Below, piece after piece: positions 56,245-64,000 of a stretch of 64,000 bases of DNA (within the stretch, counting starts at the first letter, position 1; each line of letters opens with the position of its first letter). The DNA is from Candidatus Woesearchaeota archaeon (lineage in GTDB: Archaea > Nanobdellota > Nanobdellia > Woesearchaeales > ARS49). The notes beneath the pieces were generated by a model. That model was given only the letters and a program-made list of their open reading frames with translations, made no database searches and was not told the origin of the DNA. The stretch is taken from positions 4,632 through 68,631 of the forward strand of contig JAWCRZ010000005.1 of NCBI GenBank assembly GCA_038868995.1, read 5' to 3'. Both the position numbers and the translations under genes were made by a program.

Positions 56245-57408
56245 ATGTTTACAAAAATACTGTCAACAGCATGCTATGTGCCTGAAACACGCCGCACAAA
56301 CACGGACCTTGAAAAAATGGTTGACACAACAGATGCATGGATTACGGAAAGGGTGGGCATAAAGGAAAGAAGAATAACACAGCAGTTTGAGACACACAAG
56401 TACATGGCTCTTCATGCTGTGAAATCAGCAATTGAGAAGGCAGGCATAAATCCGGCTGGCGCAAGTATAATTTTGACAGGAAACACGCACGTGCCGGACG
56501 TAATACCCTGCCATGCATCCGAGACGGCCGCACAAATGGCGGGCACTGCTGCGTGGGACATAATCGCGCCAACAAGCAGTATTGCTGCAATGGATGCAAA
56601 CCTGCTCTTCGGCTCGTACATTCTTTTATCGAAAAACGGAATGATTACAGGAAAAACCGATGGAAAATGCGCATTAATATATCATCATGTACGCCCAAGT
56701 TTGGCGCAAACAATTGCAAAAGAACTTGGCATGAATGCTGACTTGTCTTATGACCTTGTCGCGGGCTGCGCATCATTCAATTTCGGACTCGCACTTGCAG
56801 ATGCACGAATACAAGGCAAATCACAATACGTTGTTGTTGCGGCGGTTGACAAAATGCTGGACGTGACAAATCCGAAAGACAGGGCAACAGTGGTGCTATT
56901 TGGAGAACTGGCTGGCGCAGCAGTTCTCGGACCGAGCAAGGAAGCCGGCTTTGTCTACCACCACCTTGAAACAGATGGCACGCAACGCAACCTAATAACC
57001 GTAAAAAAGGAAAACGGCTGGGACAAACCGTACTTCTGGCAGGATGGCAAAGCCGTTTACAAATGGGCAGTGCCAAAAATTGCAGAATTAACGCAAAAAA
57101 CAGTAGATACTGCCATTGCAGATATAACGCCGGGACGGGTGTTTATTGTTCCACACCAGGCAAACCCCAGAATGCTGGAAAAAGCACGCGAAAAACCAAT
57201 CTTTGAAAAAGTGCACGGTATTGTCACAACCGGCGAAATGTTTGGAAACAGCTCGACTGCTTCAATAGCTCACGCGCTTGACATTGCGCTAACGCATGGC
57301 TTTCAGTCAAAAAACAGTCAAACCTGCGCAGGAAAACATGACTACATAGGCATTATCGGCTTTGGAGCGGGATTAAGCAGCGCTGTCAACGTCTACCGCG
57401 TTGTCTGA
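56245..57408 (+). CDS. FabH-like beta-ketoacyl synthase III family enzyme
   Basis: TNTDLEKMVDTTDAWITERVGIKERR, AGCASF (Cys), PHQANPRM (His) and GNSSTASI (Asn). Contains an extra internal segment. Confidence 0.7.
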   Translation: MFTKILSTACYVPETRRTNTDLEKMVDTTDAWITERVGIKERRITQQFETHKYMALHAVKSAIEKAGINPAGASIILTGNTHVPDVIPCHASETAAQMAGTAAWDIIAPTSSIAAMDANLLFGSYILLSKNGMITGKTDGKCALIYHHVRPSLAQTIAKELGMNADLSYDLVAGCASFNFGLALADARIQGKSQYVVVAAVDKMLDVTNPKDRATVVLFGELAGAAVLGPSKEAGFVYHHLETDGTQRNLITVKKENGWDKPYFWQDGKAVYKWAVPKIAELTQKTVDTAIADITPGRVFIVPHQANPRMLEKAREKPIFEKVHGIVTTGEMFGNSSTASIAHALDIALTHGFQSKNSQTCAGKHDYIGIIGFGAGLSSAVNVYRVV

Positions 57409-57415
57409 ATCAATT

Positions 57416-57802
57416 TTATTCCACTTTTTCATCAAGCGTACCTGTAAGCTCACTGGCTTTCTGCCTGGCACGAAAATAATACTTCATCCAATAATCAATA
57501 TGTCCTTTCTTGCGCTTCTTCACGTTCTGCATTTGCACAGGTCCGGTATCAGGCTGAATGGCCATCAATCCCGAATACATTGCAATTCCAACCGACAGAG
57601 CTACCGGCACTGCCATCAGATACCAGCGCTTTCCAACAAAATTTCTTGTTTTAACATATCCCTCGCTAATTGCATTTGATGCTTTGTTCGCATGGCGTGT
57701 TACCCAATCATGAAATCCCTCACAGTTGATGCCCATAAACTGCTCTTTATCAAAGAACCGAGACCAGTAATCATTTCGTGATGCATATGCCCCTGTCTTC
57801 AC
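57416..57802 (-). CDS. hypothetical single-pass membrane protein
   Basis: 128-aa ORF with helix WYLMAVPVALSVGIAMYSGLMAI. Confidence 0.5.
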   Translation of the reverse strand: MKTGAYASRNDYWSRFFDKEQFMGINCEGFHDWVTRHANKASNAISEGYVKTRNFVGKRWYLMAVPVALSVGIAMYSGLMAIQPDTGPVQMQNVKKRKKGHIDYWMKYYFRARQKASELTGTLDEKVE

Positions 57803-57855
57803 ATCACGCTCAAAAACATTATGCTTTTTAAATATAGTGACACACGTATGTCATC

Positions 57856-58716
57856 ATGCGCAATTCACTGTTAATGATACTCCTTTTGGCAACAAGCGTA
57901 TTTGCCATGCCACAACCATCCGGCTGGGTTAATGACTATGCAAATATCCTTTCTCTTGAAGAAAAAATGCAGCTCAATGCATTGATTGAATCAATTGAGA
58001 AAAACACAACAGCAGAAATCGCTATCATAACAGTGAAAAGCCTTGAAGGCAAGCCAGTAGAGGAAGTCGCGCTCAATTACCTTACTGCATGGGGCATTGG
58101 CAAAAAGGCAAACAACAATGGAGTTGTTATCCTTGTTGCGCCAACAGAAAGAAAATACCGCATAGAAGTAGGATACGGCGCTGAGGGAGTGATTACAGAC
58201 GCGCGCGCAGGAAGGATAGGCAGGGAAATACTCGCGCTTTATTTCAAGGAAGGCAAATACGGGGAAGGGCTGATTGCGGCAATAGAAGAAATTGGCGGAC
58301 TGCTAAAAAACGACCCTGACATCGTTGCAACTTATTCTCCGCGATATGAATTCTTCAGCGCACTTGCACCGTTCATGTTCTTCTTCGGCTTTGTCATTAC
58401 CATACTAATCAGCATTGCAGCTTCATCGCGCGCAACACCAAAGCAAAAATGGACAACTTTCATGGTATCAGACGGCATTTTTGTCGGCACACTGCTGTTC
58501 ATCGGCTACTGGGCAGCGCATATTGCATACCTCGTTGCCGGCATCTTTTTCCTCATCATAGGATTTATTCTCTTTGTTCAAATCATGGCAGGAAGCTACC
58601 GAGGCAGAAGCGGCTGGATATTTGTAGGAGGCGGGCACTTCGGTAGAGGGCCTGGAGGATTTGGAGGTTTTGGAGGAGGCACGGGAGGAGGGGGCGGAGC
58701 CAGCGGAGGGTGGTAA
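57856..58716 (+). CDS. TPM-domain (YgcG-like) membrane protein with Gly-rich tail
   Basis: GWVNDYANILS...AEIAIITV motif, TM helices, and C-terminal GGFGGFGGGTGGGGGASGGW. Confidence 0.8.
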   Translation: MRNSLLMILLLATSVFAMPQPSGWVNDYANILSLEEKMQLNALIESIEKNTTAEIAIITVKSLEGKPVEEVALNYLTAWGIGKKANNNGVVILVAPTERKYRIEVGYGAEGVITDARAGRIGREILALYFKEGKYGEGLIAAIEEIGGLLKNDPDIVATYSPRYEFFSALAPFMFFFGFVITILISIAASSRATPKQKWTTFMVSDGIFVGTLLFIGYWAAHIAYLVAGIFFLIIGFILFVQIMAGSYRGRSGWIFVGGGHFGRGPGGFGGFGGGTGGGGGASGGW

Positions 58717-58749
58717 GATTTTTAAGCATGCGCGTATAGTGTCAAACAT

Positions 58750-59328
58750 ATGAAGCAGCCATTTTACAAAAAACCAATATTCTGGATTGTTGTTGTCATT
58801 GTTATCTTAGGCCTTTGGTTCTTTTCAAGCTACAACGGGCTTGTAAAAAGAGAAATAGCCGTAGACAAAGCATGGTCTGACATAGAAGTACAATACCAAA
58901 GAAGATTTGACCTCATTCCAAATCTTGTAAATACTGTTAAAGGATACGCAGGATTCGAAGAAAGGGTTATTACTGAAGTTACAGAAGCACGCAGCGAATG
59001 GCAGGAAGCACTTGCAAGACAAAATACTGCAGAAGCAGTCAATGCAGCAAACCGGCTTGAAACCGGACTTTCAAGATTGATAGCGGTTGCAGAAAACTAT
59101 CCTGATTTGAAAGCGTCAAAAACATATCTTGCATTGATGGACGAACTTGCCGGAACAGAAAACAGAGTAGCAGTTGCACGAACACGATATAATGAAGCTG
59201 CAGCTGACTTTAACTATGCCATCAGAAGAATCCCAACAAATATTGTAGCCGGCATATTCGGATTTGAGAAAAAAACACTTTTTGAAGCAAAACAAGACGC
59301 TTCAGAAGTAGTCAAAGTAGAATTATGA
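58750..59328 (+). CDS. lemA: LemA family protein
   Basis: N-terminal TM helix, AWSDIEVQYQRRFDLIPNLV and AENYPDLKAS. Confidence 0.9.
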   Translation: MKQPFYKKPIFWIVVVIVILGLWFFSSYNGLVKREIAVDKAWSDIEVQYQRRFDLIPNLVNTVKGYAGFEERVITEVTEARSEWQEALARQNTAEAVNAANRLETGLSRLIAVAENYPDLKASKTYLALMDELAGTENRVAVARTRYNEAAADFNYAIRRIPTNIVAGIFGFEKKTLFEAKQDASEVVKVEL

Positions 59329-59657
59329 GAGTCAGAGTACTAACCTGGAACAAACCGCGCCAGCCAACCGAAGAAGAATTGCGGGCGATGTTTGCAAAAG
59401 AAGGCATGAAGCCCTATATTTCTGTCATGGAAAAAAATGAGTTTACAGACGTGCATGAGCACAGCCATGACGAAACAAGAATTCTTGTGAAAGGCAGAGT
59501 TGAGTTCTCGGCAGAAGGAAGAAGCTATGTCCTTAAACCGGGCGACAGAATTGATTTAAAAGCAAAAACACCGCATACTGCAAAGAATTTGGAACGCGGA
59601 CAATCAGTAATGCTGTGCGCGACAAAAGGCAAGACCGTCGCTATAGAGATATACTAA
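59325..59657 (+). CDS. cupin-domain protein
   Basis: HSHDETRILVKGRVEF...GDRIDL...PHTA. ATGA overlap with lemA. Confidence 0.65.
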   Translation: MRVRVLTWNKPRQPTEEELRAMFAKEGMKPYISVMEKNEFTDVHEHSHDETRILVKGRVEFSAEGRSYVLKPGDRIDLKAKTPHTAKNLERGQSVMLCATKGKTVAIEIY

Positions 59658-59701
59658 ACATTTAAAAACAACTTCCAACACTTTAGTTCAAGGTGATTAA
59701 T

Positions 59702-60295
59702 ATGCCGTTTGAGCCAAAAAATTTCGACCATTTACTTGGAATAAAGGGATTTTCTGACCAATTGATGAAGAACCACTTTACACTGTATCAGGGTTATGTA
59801 AATAATGCAAACAAACTTGCTGATACACTTTCTGCAATGGTGAAAGACGGCAAAGCAGGCACGCCGGAATTTGCCGAACTGAAAAGGCGCTTTGGCTGGG
59901 AATTCAACGGAATGCGACTGCACGAAGTGTTCTTCATGGTGTTGTCAAAAGAACCAAAAACGGTTTCAAACGGCAATCTGAAGAAAGCTATTGCGCGCGA
60001 ATTTGGCTCGATGGAAAACTGGGAAAAAGAAATGAAAGCCATCTGCACAATGCGCGGCATCGGCTGGGGCGTATTATATTATGACATTTCAACCGGCAGA
60101 ATGTTCAACTGCTGGATAAACGAGCATGATGTGGGGCATTTGGCAACATGCGCTCCGATTCTTGTTGTAGATGTCTTCGAGCACGCATTTATGATAGATT
60201 ACGGACTAAAGCGGGCTGACTACGTTGAAGCCGTGTTCAAGTCAATCAACTGGGCGGAAGTCGAAAAACTGTTTGCACTGGTTGGAGGCAAATAA
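59702..60295 (+). CDS. Fe/Mn-type superoxide dismutase-like protein
   Basis: NHFTLYQGYVNNAN, LHEVFF and DVFEHAFMIDYG correspond to SOD metal-ligand contexts. AGGTGA lies 5 nt upstream of the ATG. Confidence 0.65.
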   Translation: MPFEPKNFDHLLGIKGFSDQLMKNHFTLYQGYVNNANKLADTLSAMVKDGKAGTPEFAELKRRFGWEFNGMRLHEVFFMVLSKEPKTVSNGNLKKAIAREFGSMENWEKEMKAICTMRGIGWGVLYYDISTGRMFNCWINEHDVGHLATCAPILVVDVFEHAFMIDYGLKRADYVEAVFKSINWAEVEKLFALVGGK

Positions 60296-60484
60296 ATGGC
60301 GCGGCTGATAAAAATAACGGACAAGCACCCAGCAAAAATTGAAATTGGAGGGCAGATAAAAAAAATCTGCATGTGCGGGTTGTCAAAAATCAGGCCATAC
60401 TGCGACGGCTCGCACCATCAAACCCATACTGAAGAGGATGGCAAGACCTACGTGTACGAGGATGGTCAGCGGAAAGAAGCATGA
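60296..60484 (+). CDS. CDGSH iron-sulfur domain protein
   Basis: [17 protein letters not shown] motif. Confidence 0.8.
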   Translation: MARLIKITDKHPAKIEIGGQIKKICMCGLSKIRPYCDGSHHQTHTEEDGKTYVYEDGQRKEA

Positions 60485-61005
60485 AAATTGCAGTAGGTTC
60501 AATGAATCCTGTAAAAATTGCTGCAGTGGAAAACGTTGTTAGGAAAATCTGGCCAGATACAATTGTTGTCGGAATTGAAGTCGACCACGGAACCAGCTTC
60601 CAGCCAAATTCGCAAAAAGAAGCGATTGAAGGGGCAACAAAAAGGGCGTTCATGTCTTTGCAACAGGCAAATGCAGACCTCGGCTTTGGACTTGAAGGAA
60701 ATACCTGGGACAGCGGGCACGGAATGTTCCTCGACGGCTGGGTGGTCGTTGTGGACAAAAACGGCAGAAAAGGAATCTCAAACTGCGGATGCCTGATGCT
60801 GCCGAAGAAAATTGCTGATGCGGTCAGAAAAGGAAAGGAATTAGGACCGGCAACAGACGCATTTCTTGGAACGCACAACATCAAGCAAAAAGAGGGAACA
60901 GTGGGAATACTGACAAAAGGAATGGTTACGCGCACAAAAGCATTTGAGCACGGAGTCACATATGCCCTTGCGCCATTCCTGAACCCTCAATACTATGAAG
61001 AATAA
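60481..61005 (+). CDS. inosine/xanthosine triphosphatase (YjjX/DUF84-like)
   Basis: [20 protein letters not shown]-terminus and about 170 aa in length. ATGA overlap. Confidence 0.65.
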   Translation: MKIAVGSMNPVKIAAVENVVRKIWPDTIVVGIEVDHGTSFQPNSQKEAIEGATKRAFMSLQQANADLGFGLEGNTWDSGHGMFLDGWVVVVDKNGRKGISNCGCLMLPKKIADAVRKGKELGPATDAFLGTHNIKQKEGTVGILTKGMVTRTKAFEHGVTYALAPFLNPQYYEE

Positions 61006-61022
61006 AGTTAATTTGAGAAAAA

Positions 61023-61478
61023 ACGCTTCTTATTACATTTGTCATTGCTTTATTTATTTTTGCCACCGCCGCATTCTATATATACCAGGACCTGAAAGCG
61101 GCAAAAAACATTGAAATCAGCATAAGCGACATAAGCGCAGAACAATTCACTATCAGCGGCTTCCGGCTGCACATTGGATTTCACTTATACAACCCAAACA
61201 AATGGACGGTTACAATAGGAGGATTTACTGCTGATGTTTTCGCAAACGGCATACCGCTCACTCATCTTGAATCTGAAGAATTCACCCTCAGCCCTGGATA
61301 CACCCTTCCACACGGCTATGAGTTCAGCATCCGCTACCTTGACTTGGGCGCAGCTTTAGTCAATGCATTCAGGGAGAAGCAGGTTACTTTTGAAATCAGG
61401 GGAACATATCGCTTGCAGCTTCCATTTGGAATAACTTATCCTTATGCTTTCGACATAAAGCGGGAATGGAAACCCTGA
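61023..61478 (+). CDS. LEA_2/WHy-like membrane-anchored protein, start codon unresolved (possible frameshift)
   Basis: Open frame TLLITFVIALFIFATAAFYIYQDLKAAKNIEISISDISAEQFTISGFRLHIGFHLYNPN...TFEIRGTYRL. There is no in-frame ATG/GTG/TTG for over 100 codons. TTG 61013 is +1 out of frame across an A6 run. Confidence 0.5.
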   Translation, partial: TLLITFVIALFIFATAAFYIYQDLKAAKNIEISISDISAEQFTISGFRLHIGFHLYNPNKWTVTIGGFTADVFANGIPLTHLESEEFTLSPGYTLPHGYEFSIRYLDLGAALVNAFREKQVTFEIRGTYRLQLPFGITYPYAFDIKREWKP

Positions 61479-61545
61479 AATAGTTGTTATTGTATAGTAG
61501 TTAAAAAACAGAAGATTTTTAAGGCAAACTGGCTTATTCCAGTCG

Positions 61546-62271
61546 ATGAAACAATATTTTGCGCCCGAATTGACCGATAGGGTGAACAGCGTATTGTGGT
61601 GCATCGGAAGCGAGCAGCGCGCCTTACTAACTGGTGTAGTGCTCCTGGGACGGCTTCCGGTGCACATAACCGATTTGGCTGACTTTTACGAGGTATGGAG
61701 CGGAGAACGCGACACGCGCAACATAAGAAGGCACCTTGTCGACTGCCTGCAGCCATTAGGCATTGCTGATGCTCAAAAAGACACTGACAACTATTTCCTG
61801 ACCCACTTTGGAGAACGGTATGCCAAGCCAGCTGCCGGAGCAGCCCTTTATTTCACAGCTACAACAGGGATTTCCTTGTCAGAAATATTCCCCCGCTATG
61901 TGCGCTCACGGCGCCGTGTTCCTTTGGCCCGAAACACTGCGGAAACATTCCTGCAGCTTATGACCGGTGAAAAACACCTTGACGAGCTTGTCTGCGTAAT
62001 GGAAATGAGAAATCCGTACACAACAGTAATCAGAAAATCGCTTGATTGTGATTTAAAGCGGCTGTCACGCGCACGATTGGTCAGTTATGAAGATGAAATT
62101 GCCCGTCTCACGTCCCGTGGGCGAAAAGTAATCCCTTTCATATATCAGCTAAAAGATGCGCTGGCAGACGGTACAATGCTCATTTCATTGAGCATAAAAG
62201 CGCGTGACCTGACCGTTCAAATCACCCGGAAGGCAATGCACGTCTACAGGGAAAAATCACCGTATCAATGA
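61546..62271 (+). CDS. hypothetical protein
   Basis: 241-aa ORF with no secure motif. Confidence 0.45.
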   Translation: MKQYFAPELTDRVNSVLWCIGSEQRALLTGVVLLGRLPVHITDLADFYEVWSGERDTRNIRRHLVDCLQPLGIADAQKDTDNYFLTHFGERYAKPAAGAALYFTATTGISLSEIFPRYVRSRRRVPLARNTAETFLQLMTGEKHLDELVCVMEMRNPYTTVIRKSLDCDLKRLSRARLVSYEDEIARLTSRGRKVIPFIYQLKDALADGTMLISLSIKARDLTVQITRKAMHVYREKSPYQ

Positions 62272-62982
62272 GGCAAGAAGTTTTGCACCCTCGATTAACC
62301 TTGGTCCAGGACGATTGAGCAAAGTATCATCGATAACAAACACTTTGTTATTCTTCACCGCCCTTAAGTCCCTCCAACCTACACGTTCAGTAATCTTTTC
62401 TTTCGGAACTCTTGTGCTTACGCCACACCAAGAGATAACGATAATATCCGGGTCGAACTTTTTAACGTCTTCCGTTGTTATCGTGTGACTGACAATGCCG
62501 CTTTTGCCCATACTGATGCCGCCAACAAGCTCAACAATATCAGGCACCCAATTGCAGCTTACTGTCATGGGCCATTCTTCGACGTAAACTTTGACTTTTG
62601 GGGGTTTTTTCAGCTTTGCAAGTACATCCTGCATCCCTGCAACAAGATTATCAGCCTCCAATGTTTTGTCAACACATCTTCCAACAGCAACAAATGAATC
62701 AAACACGGACTGCAGTGTTCTCGGGTCAGTGTGCAATACGTTTAATCCTATTGCCTGCAATTCTGATGCAAGCTTTTCCTGAACAATTGTTGAAGTGAAA
62801 ACAATATCCGGCTTTGCAAGACGAACTTTCACCAAATCGACATCAACCCAGCCGCCCATTTTCTGTTTTGTCGTGGCAGCCAGCGGATAGTCACAGAATT
62901 TTGTAACTCCAACAATCTCTGCATCAAGTCCTAATGCGAACAAAAGTTCTGTTATGCTCGGAGACAAAGAAACAACCCTCAT
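62257..62982 (-). CDS. periplasmic-binding-protein type 2 fold (cobalamin/siderophore-binding-like), no signal peptide
   Basis: MRVVSLSPSITELLFALGLDAEIVGVTKFCDYP is a typical N-terminus for this family. Confidence 0.6.
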   Translation of the reverse strand: MRVVSLSPSITELLFALGLDAEIVGVTKFCDYPLAATTKQKMGGWVDVDLVKVRLAKPDIVFTSTIVQEKLASELQAIGLNVLHTDPRTLQSVFDSFVAVGRCVDKTLEADNLVAGMQDVLAKLKKPPKVKVYVEEWPMTVSCNWVPDIVELVGGISMGKSGIVSHTITTEDVKKFDPDIIVISWCGVSTRVPKEKITERVGWRDLRAVKNNKVFVIDDTLLNRPGPRLIEGAKLLASLIR

Positions 62983-63033
62983 TGCATCGTCGGAGATGCA
63001 TTAATATATAAGTTTTTCAAAACTGCAGAACAT

Positions 63034-63750
63034 ATGCCAACAAAACTCGCTACTGGTGTATATGCGGTAGATGTTTGCACATACCTGCCGGACGCCAAGA
63101 CGCTGATTGTTGCTGACTTGCATTTGGGTTATGAAGAATCATTAGGCCGGCAGGGCGTTTTGGTGCCGAAAACAATGTTCAAGCGCATAATCAAGCGCCT
63201 TGACTGGATTTTAGAACACGTAGCAGTCGAACATGTTGTTTTGAACGGCGATGTCAAGCACGAATTCGGCACAATCTCAACACAGGAATGGAGAGAAGTG
63301 AGAAGATTTGTCGAGTATTTGCAGAAAAAAGGCATTGCAATAACTGTGGTGAAAGGCAACCATGACACAATTCTAGGCCCCATGGCAAGAGTTTTGCAAT
63401 TAAAGGAAGTAAAAGAAGCACGGCACAGAGACATACTGATTGTGCACGGCGACTATGTGCCACAAAAATTGGCGCCAATTATCCTGATGGGGCATGAACA
63501 CCCTGCAATTATTTTACGGGAAAAGGCAAAATCAGAAAAATTCAAATGTTTCCTCAAAGGAAAATACAAAAAATGCACTCTTATAGTTCAGCCGTCAATG
63601 AATCCATTGACGGAAGGAACTGATGTTTTGAAAGAACAGGTTCTGAGCCCCTTAATTAAGGACATTCTAAGTTTTGAGGCATTTATTATAGATGACAAAA
63701 CACACGAAGTATTGCCGTTTGGAAAAATAAGAAAATTCAGCAGTCAGTGA
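63034..63750 (+). CDS. metallophosphoesterase
   Basis: ADLHLGYE, NGDVKHEF, GNHD and GHEHP. Confidence 0.7.
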   Translation: MPTKLATGVYAVDVCTYLPDAKTLIVADLHLGYEESLGRQGVLVPKTMFKRIIKRLDWILEHVAVEHVVLNGDVKHEFGTISTQEWREVRRFVEYLQKKGIAITVVKGNHDTILGPMARVLQLKEVKEARHRDILIVHGDYVPQKLAPIILMGHEHPAIILREKAKSEKFKCFLKGKYKKCTLIVQPSMNPLTEGTDVLKEQVLSPLIKDILSFEAFIIDDKTHEVLPFGKIRKFSSQ

Positions 63751-63880
63751 TGCTTTTTATTGGCGTATGTTCGTCATCGTGCGAAAACCATCGGTCACTG
63801 CCATCTGTGTGGCCGCAGTGCTTGCAGACCGTCTGCATTTCGCTGATTTTCAGTTTTTTGCATTGCGAGCAATAGTTCAT
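63737..63880 (-). CDS. 47-aa zinc-ribbon protein
   Basis: MNYCSQCKKL...VCKHCGH has a CxxC...CxxC pattern. Too short for the ORF track. Confidence 0.4.
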   Translation of the reverse strand: MNYCSQCKKLKISEMQTVCKHCGHTDGSDRWFSHDDEHTPIKSITDC

Positions 63881-64000
63881 CTTTCACCCACGCTTTCCAT
63901 AACACTGTTAGAACTTGCAATATAAAAGCTTTTCTGTGTTTGTCACTATTTGGTAGTCAATAGTTAATTATTTCAGCATTGGGGTTATTCTAAATCCTTG

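Overview
This is a gene-dense archaeal chromosome segment. The evidence is a family-B DNA polymerase, ribosomal protein eL15, an archaeal-type triosephosphate isomerase, class-III (pilin-type) signal peptides, TATA boxes about 25-45 nt ahead of start codons, and many ATGA/TAATG gene overlaps. Giant surface proteins, sparse metabolism and a bacterial-type grpE-dnaK-dnaJ locus suggest a small-celled, possibly DPANN-like archaeon; that is inference only. I call about 60 protein genes and saw no rRNA, tRNA or CRISPR array.

Main observations:
1. Six copies of a 125-139-bp hairpin-rich MITE-like element carry imperfect terminal inverted repeats and 7-8-bp target-site duplications. Every copy sits 12-14 nt upstream of a TATA box with the same terminal polarity toward the downstream gene. 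The roughly 100-bp interior occurs in two mutually inverted states.
2. A three-gene operon encodes a 1939-aa subtilase/Cys-rich surface protein ending in a cholera-toxin-like ADP-ribosyltransferase module. It is followed by an ATGA-coupled candidate immunity gene and a 1324-aa cadherin-repeat protein.
3. A bacterial-type gpsA plus fabH-like pair is present.
4. There is a pilin-like / Cys-rich lipoprotein / signal-peptidase cluster.
5. There is a Ser/Thr kinase-metallophosphoesterase pair.
6. Several reading-frame or start-codon anomalies occur: a SHOCT-like tail out of frame, and a LEA_2-like ORF without a start next to an A6 run.

All functional calls rest on motif recognition by eye, not on database searches.
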